Below the pieces are notes generated by a model. The model worked only from the letters and a program-made list of their open reading frames with translations. It was not told the origin of the DNA and ran no database searches. 64,000 bases of DNA from Piedraia hortae CBS 480.64 (lineage: Eukaryota), in assembly GCA_010093745.1 (NCBI GenBank), contig MU006006.1, forward strand, positions 1 through 64,000. The letters are read 5' to 3'. The stretch's first letter is position 1. The number at the start of each line of letters is the position of its first letter. Positions 58,237 through 64,000 of this stretch are shown piece by piece. The position numbers and the translations under genes were made by a program.

Positions 58237-59832
58237 TTACGCGATACCCATCCATTTCAACTCGCCATAGTCATCTAATTCAGCATCCATAAAAGTCTTT
58301 GGCTTGCTGTGGTTTGGCTTATGCTCACGCCAGTTGTTATCCATCTCCCAGCGGACCGCCGACGAGCGTCTTCGGGTCGGAGAGAGCTCCTGTCCCGTAC
58401 GCCGAAACTGGCCCAGAGCCGCCCACTTATCAAGCAATGCCGCTCCTCGCATCCTGGGTGGTTCCCTGCGCTCCGATTCCACCAGACGTCTCAGCGGGCT
58501 TGCCGTTGCCTCCCTGCCATAGCGGTCCGGTCGGGGCGTAATGCTGCCATGTCCATCCTCCGACGTAGGCCTCGGCGTTATCGGGTGGTCTTCTTCGTAC
58601 AGGTCGCTCCAGCTCTTTGAGAGGCCGCCGGTCCAAGACAAAGGCATGGGGCGGTTGATTGAAATTGGCAAAGAATTGGAAACGGACTCGGAATCATAAG
58701 ACAAGCCCAGGCCATAGTTGGAAGCTGCCGTGGTGCCAGACGAAATGCTGAGGCCAGGGTTTGTTGACTTGTACGACGCGCCAAAACCAGAATCCCTATT
58801 AGAGGCTACCTCCCACGACGAGGGGAAAGCTCCAGCCTGCTCCCAGTGGAAGTCCTGACCGACAGATGGACTGACAATGGAAGGGGTGCGCAGAGGCTCG
58901 CGTGCGACTGTTGCCATGACACCGTCAGTCTGCTCGGCCGTGCAAAAGTCATCCAACGTCTCGTCATCGGTCGTGAAGCTGATAACGGCCTTTAGTGCAT
59001 CACGTAAGGCAGACAGAGAGCGCTGAGACGGATCCAGAGAAAGGGAGTGAACCAGCACATTGTAAGTGTCTTGGGACATGGTTGGAAACACGTCAAACAG
59101 GCTCTGGCGGTCTCGTGCATAATCGGCAAAGAGCGGGTCGTCATGGTTTGGACGAGCAAATGGATTACGCTGGAACAAGATATTCAGCAGCACGATGCCA
59201 ATCGCCCAGATATCGGCAGCTGCGGTGGAGTAGCCGTAAGAGCCGGGAAGCGGGGCAAACTGCTCAGGGGCCATGTAGCGGTCCGAGCCAACGGCGTATT
59301 CAGTCGACCAGGAGTCGGTTGTGGCCAGGCCAAAGTCTCCCAGCTTCATGTCCCCGCGGGAAGTCAAGAATATGTTCTCGGGCTTAATGTCTCGGTGGAA
59401 GACGCCGTTCGCGTGCAGGTATTCCACAGCATCAACGAGCTGCAGCATGAAATCCCTCACGTGTTCGGTCTCAAGCGGCCCTCGGCCAATGCGGATCGCT
59501 TCATACAGGTCCCCGTTACCGCACAGCTCCAAGGCCATGTATTGATGGTGTTCCGTCTCGAAGTGATGGATAAGATTCACAATGTGTCGATGGGGCCGAA
59601 GCCGAGAGTGAATCTTCAACTCCTCGGAGCGGTCGTCCACGGCCAAGACGGGACACTGGTCCAACGGCGCTCCGCTGGACTTGGGCATGCACTTGATGGC
59701 GACATCCTGTTCGGTTGTCAGGTCCGTGGCGGTGAAGACCATGCCAAAGGAGCCGTGATTCAGCGGCGCAACCGTCAAGAAGCGGCCTCCCAACAGTCTT
59801 CCAGGAAGGAAACCATCTCGCATGCAATTCAT
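58237..59832 (-). CDS. KSP1: Ser/Thr protein kinase, Ksp1/Ran1-like
   Basis: PLNHGSFGMVF, VAIK, HRDIKPEN, DFG, GSDRYMAPE; low-complexity tail. Confidence 0.78.
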   Translation of the reverse strand: MNCMRDGFLPGRLLGGRFLTVAPLNHGSFGMVFTATDLTTEQDVAIKCMPKSSGAPLDQCPVLAVDDRSEELKIHSRLRPHRHIVNLIHHFETEHHQYMALELCGNGDLYEAIRIGRGPLETEHVRDFMLQLVDAVEYLHANGVFHRDIKPENIFLTSRGDMKLGDFGLATTDSWSTEYAVGSDRYMAPEQFAPLPGSYGYSTAAADIWAIGIVLLNILFQRNPFARPNHDDPLFADYARDRQSLFDVFPTMSQDTYNVLVHSLSLDPSQRSLSALRDALKAVISFTTDDETLDDFCTAEQTDGVMATVAREPLRTPSIVSPSVGQDFHWEQAGAFPSSWEVASNRDSGFGASYKSTNPGLSISSGTTAASNYGLGLSYDSESVSNSLPISINRPMPLSWTGGLSKSWSDLYEEDHPITPRPTSEDGHGSITPRPDRYGREATASPLRRLVESERREPPRMRGAALLDKWAALGQFRRTGQELSPTRRRSSAVRWEMDNNWREHKPNHSKPKTFMDAELDDYGELKWMGIA

Positions 59833-61559
59833 GGCGCTCCACGCCCCCCGAAGCCGCCAAGGGACGCTTGAAACTCCGAATGCTCCGCCCAAAAAAAACT
59901 CCAGCCCGCCGGGGGAAGTTGCTTCAAAAAACACAAAGAAAGACAATGACTGTGGTTCTCATGAGGAGACAAAGGAAAATCGTTAATTTGGAAGTCGTGA
60001 TCGGGACTCGTGATACATTAAGGCTTTGGCGCGCGGGAAGTGCGTGGGGCGCCGAATCCACGCACTTCGGCGAACAGAAGAGGCAAAAGAAGGGAGGATT
60101 GAGGTGCGATGTCTGGGTGCTGGGTGCTGGAGGGACTGGTAGCAGAAGAAGAGATGGATGAGTAGATGAAGCGGTGAAGTATGACGATGGACGGATGGAC
60201 AGACGTGGAAGCTGGCGGAAAGGCGTGCGTGCAGGCTTCGCTGATTGGCTGACACCCGCCGAGGCGCGGGGCCCAGACACTTTGTCCTCTTTAAGCGCAC
60301 GGGACCCCCGTTGCCGGGCCAGATGGCGATCTTTATTAGTTATACTTAGCACTCCTTGTCTCTCACCATTGCTTAGCGCAACGGATGACGGATGACGTGT
60401 TGAGTGGCGTTTGTCTACCTGTCTTTATGCTTTCACGCTCCGTCAATGTTGGACCGAGATAGGGAATCCTGATTGCTGCGCCTGTAAACAATAAATATAA
60501 ACACAACAAAACACTGTACAGCCAGCCAACCAAAGGGTAGCGTCGATGCTAAGCGCCGATGCATGCAGCGGTTCTCGCCGCACATGTCTCAGATCCCCTG
60601 CATCAAAACACGTGGAATGACCCACACGTGATGTCTACGTGGCCTCCCAACGCCGGGAGAGGCAGAGTCATGCTGCTGAGATAAAAGTGCACATCTGTAG
60701 ATGCGTTCGTCTCGCGCGTTGTGAGCCTATTTCGTCATGTTCCTCTGTATTGTAGATATTTTAGTCCAGGCCTGTCCTCCGTCATCCAAAGCCGCGGCTC
60801 TCCGTTGGATTCTCGCAGCAGTATGCAACATCAGGAGACCGGCGCTTCACACAGAGTACTCACTATAGGTGTTGCAACACGCAGGGCGCGTGCATGATCG
60901 TTGCGCATGCGCTCTTGGGTGGGGCAGAGTCGGCAACTGGTGGCGAGACTTGGACGACAACACATCCAACTACTTTCATTGGTTCCATGAATCTAGAACA
61001 GTGTCGGGCTCCAACAGCACAGCGGTGTAGCTCTAAACACGCACTGAATGGCGGACTAGTCCCCCAACAGCGGCATCTTGGTGAAGCGTCGTGGCAAGCA
61101 GCGTGCCTCGACTCGCCGAGTATCCTTGCACTTTCCCAGTGAACTTGTTCGTGGCACGACGATTGCCAGTGCTTTGGGCCCATTCTTTTACTTGTCTCCA
61201 AGCTCAGTGGGCCTGCGCAACGGCTTCCTTAATAAAGCCATTGCCCATGAAACTGCGTGAAGCCACAGCAAGGGCTTTTAAGAACAGTTTTAGGTGGTCT
61301 GACCTTGCCAACTGGAATGTGTCACTCTGTCGCGTGGTCACGGAATGGCCAACAACATATCTTGGAGGATGTCTTGTTTACGAAATTCATGCCAATGTTA
61401 GACGATGCACGCGGTGTTGTATTAAAGTTGCCCTCAAACTCGACAGACGACACGAGAAGCGTGGTCTTACCAATGACAGACGACCATCGTGGAGTCGCTG
61501 CCTTTGATATGCAAAACTTGACGTATATTTTCCGAGCTTCTCCCGATACATCACATGAA

Positions 61560-61642
61560 GGCCGTATGGCCCAATGGCAAGGCGCTTGACTACGATGATT
61601 ATTGTGATCAAGAGATCGCAGGTTCGACCCCTGCTACGGTCA
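61560..61642 (+). tRNA. tRNA-Arg (ACG) with 11-nt intron (61596-61606)
   Basis: Acceptor GGCCGTA/TACGGTC; D-arm TGGCCCAATGG; anticodon arm CTTGA-CTACGA[intron]A-TCAAG; T-loop GGTTCGAC; oligo-T downstream. Confidence 0.92.
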
Positions 61643-62395
61643 GTTTATTTTTTTCCCCGCATATCTTGCTAGTTACCACTTTCGATGCACCACTGGGCCA
61701 TGAAATCGATGCAAATGCTCCGGTCTTTTCTTCTTGAGGGAATGCATTTCGCGAAGTTCAGTGCGTTCCTCTTATGTGGAATTGCTCCGCTTCTATGTTC
61801 ACCCTGCCACAGTCGTGCTAGAGGAGACATCTGATGGGGGACGACTACTAAATCGGCACTAAATTTCCACCGTAGTGTGGGGTATTCACAATCATCACCG
61901 GTGTCATCGATAGTTTTTATGCTATACGATAAACCTCTTAGATACGGGTATAACAAGAGGTGATGCAACAACTCAAGAGGCTGAAGTCGCAGGACCAAGT
62001 CATGGTTCGAATATCAAACTTGAAACTAATGCAAAAGTCAAAGAGCAACCGGAAGCCAAGCTGAGCTACCTGCACATGAGAGAAAGAATAACGCATCAAA
62101 TATTACGCACCACTGGCAGGCCGTCACTCTGACCTTACATCTTGGATGGCTAGGGGTCTGGCTCGATTCTGGATGGTCATTGTATCCGCACGGCATATCT
62201 TGGGCGTTCAAAGTTGCCAAGACCGGTAGCATCTTTTCTTCGTCGCCTAACACCTAAAAAGGACTACCAATGAGAATGGCAAGTCTGGCCGGTATTTGCT
62301 GTGTCGTACTGGTACCACTCTATGAAATAAAAGCGGTCTGATCGCGGTTTAATTAGCATAATTGTGCAGAGAAGGTTACGACCGGATAAGAGACT

Positions 62396-62699
62396 TGTCG
62401 GAGGGGTTAACCTCCGAGGACTAGAGCGGAGTGGATGTCAATGACAAAAGTTTTCACTCAACTTTTACTGAAAAATATGTAATGTAGATGTCTATCTCTA
62501 TGAGGTGAGATCCGAAACCTCTCCCACACTACCTCAGTCTGACCGCATCTGCCAGGACAACGTCAGCGAACCATGCCCTTAAGCATGAACGAGACAATGA
62601 CCGTCTCAGGGAAAACTTCCTCTATAGAGGTAAAAACCCTGAGAAGTTTCCAGTCCTATCTACAGTTCTAGTCATGGTAGGTGCCACATCCTTCTGACA
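62396..62699. mobile_element. LTR, second copy of the family at 26918
   Basis: TGTC...GACA termini; long identical blocks with 26918-27222 (e.g. aaccatgcccttaagcatgaacgagacaatgacc). Flanks AGACT / GGTAG do not match. Confidence 0.85.
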
Positions 62700-64000
62700 G
62701 GTAGTAAAAACAACATCGTCTTTCGTGTCATTTCCAATTTTGACATTGACTACATTTACCCCACTCAAGAGAAGATCCGGAATCCCGATACTAACACATG
62801 TGCTATTATTTCTATCTACGTATCACTCGATTCTAAGATACAGTACTCACTCGAGTGGTTTATCGCTAGCGTGCCTCTTTAAGTTTAGTGCCGCATCTCA
62901 GCCAATCTGACGGGGTCTCCTTCGGACCACGCTATATACCTATACTAGGTTAATGGGAAAATGACAGCTCTGTCTGATTGGTCGGAGTATGGAAATAAAC
63001 ACATTTAGGCACGCTAGCGATTAAACCCTCGAGCGAGTACGGTATCTGCTTTGATATGTGGCACCGTGAATGATGAGTGGCGTTTTTCTCCCTTCAGATA
63101 CGTTTATGGGAGCTTTGGTCACCTTGTGGAAAGAAGAGGGATAGAGAGGGAAAGTTGGAAAAACTTGCTTCTAGAGTCCACGGAACACGGGTTCTCTCTC
63201 AATCCGTTGAAGACATGCTCCACTCGGCTGAAGAGTTTCACGGAGCCATGCCGTAGTGCTCAACCCTCAAGCCGACCTCTGTGCGGTCGTATGTGTGGTG
63301 GTTTCGTCAAGTAAACGAACACTGCTCATGATGTACCTGTCCAACGGCACCGTCCCTTTGGGGCAGCATTGCTTGTTCCATGAAGCAGTGCGTGTACTGG
63401 GCAGCAGCTTTGTCGGAAATGGCGTCCTTTGTGATATTTAGCGGTTTATAAGCCAGGAGGCGCTCCCGGGTAGATGTCATCTCTTTGTCCTTTCTGGCCT
63501 CTGAGGTCATCTCTGTGCCCGTTTTTCCTCAGGTGCACTGATATGTCCACGGTCTGATATCAGCACATTTTCCCAATGTCCTAGAGTACCCGAGTTTGAA
63601 AAAACCTAGGTCAAAGACCTTGTGTATAGCATTGCAAGACGCACTAATTCGTGGGCCCTTCTGTCTTTCGTGCACAACGATTCTCCAATTAAAGTTGAAG
63701 GGCTAGTCATGCGAACGCCACGTGATTTTCTGTACGGTCGAACCTGGTTTTAGCGGACTCTGGATATAGCAAATGCCTCCTTAAAGCGAATTTTCAGGAC
63801 CTCCAATTTTCTACCGCTACCCTGTAGGTACCTGAATGCAGCGGATCCTCGAAATAGCGGAGAGAATTCTCGCGCCAATCAGTCCACTATAACCAGGTTT
63901 GACTGTCTTCTCGTCTGTAGAGCTTTGATTCCACATTCCCTTTGGAGACACATGTTCCAGCTTCGCCGATCAATGTTCTGCAAACTGCCTGGCGATCAGG

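Noticed and set aside
63000..64000. Stop-interrupted coding-like sequence on the minus strand at the window end
   Set aside because: No family motif recognised and truncated by the window; cannot support a call.

Overview
Fungal (filamentous ascomycete, Pezizomycotina-type) genomic DNA with short 40-75 bp GT-AG introns; the species cannot be determined from sequence alone. Compact housekeeping blocks occupy about 0.4-7.3 kb (SDR, ABZ1, SEC22, a small ASXH/DEUBAD-domain gene, ELP5), 30.5-35.4 kb (SPT small subunit, GGC1, WWM1) and 41-61.6 kb (EDE1, MMU163-like, PAC3, DHR1, acid sphingomyelinase-like, CAX4, ITT1, TRM9, KSP1-like kinase, tRNA-Arg). They flank an accessory island at about 7.5-30.3 kb. 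The island holds three same-strand paralogues of an intronless FAD monooxygenase with variable 10-aa repeat tails (one has two nonsense codons), a NACHT-WD40 NLR, a Tad-like LINE remnant, a related LINE-tail/SINE-like piece, a solo LTR, and an internally deleted chromovirus fused to a 5'-truncated permease. Most notable: a probable CUG-initiated DEUBAD protein; NLR-like C-terminal sequence continuing through two in-frame TGA codons; the monooxygenase/NLR cassette; a recurrent strand-symmetric C-rich to G-rich switch; and a conserved LINE 3' fold. All family calls come from motif recognition by eye, with no database searches.
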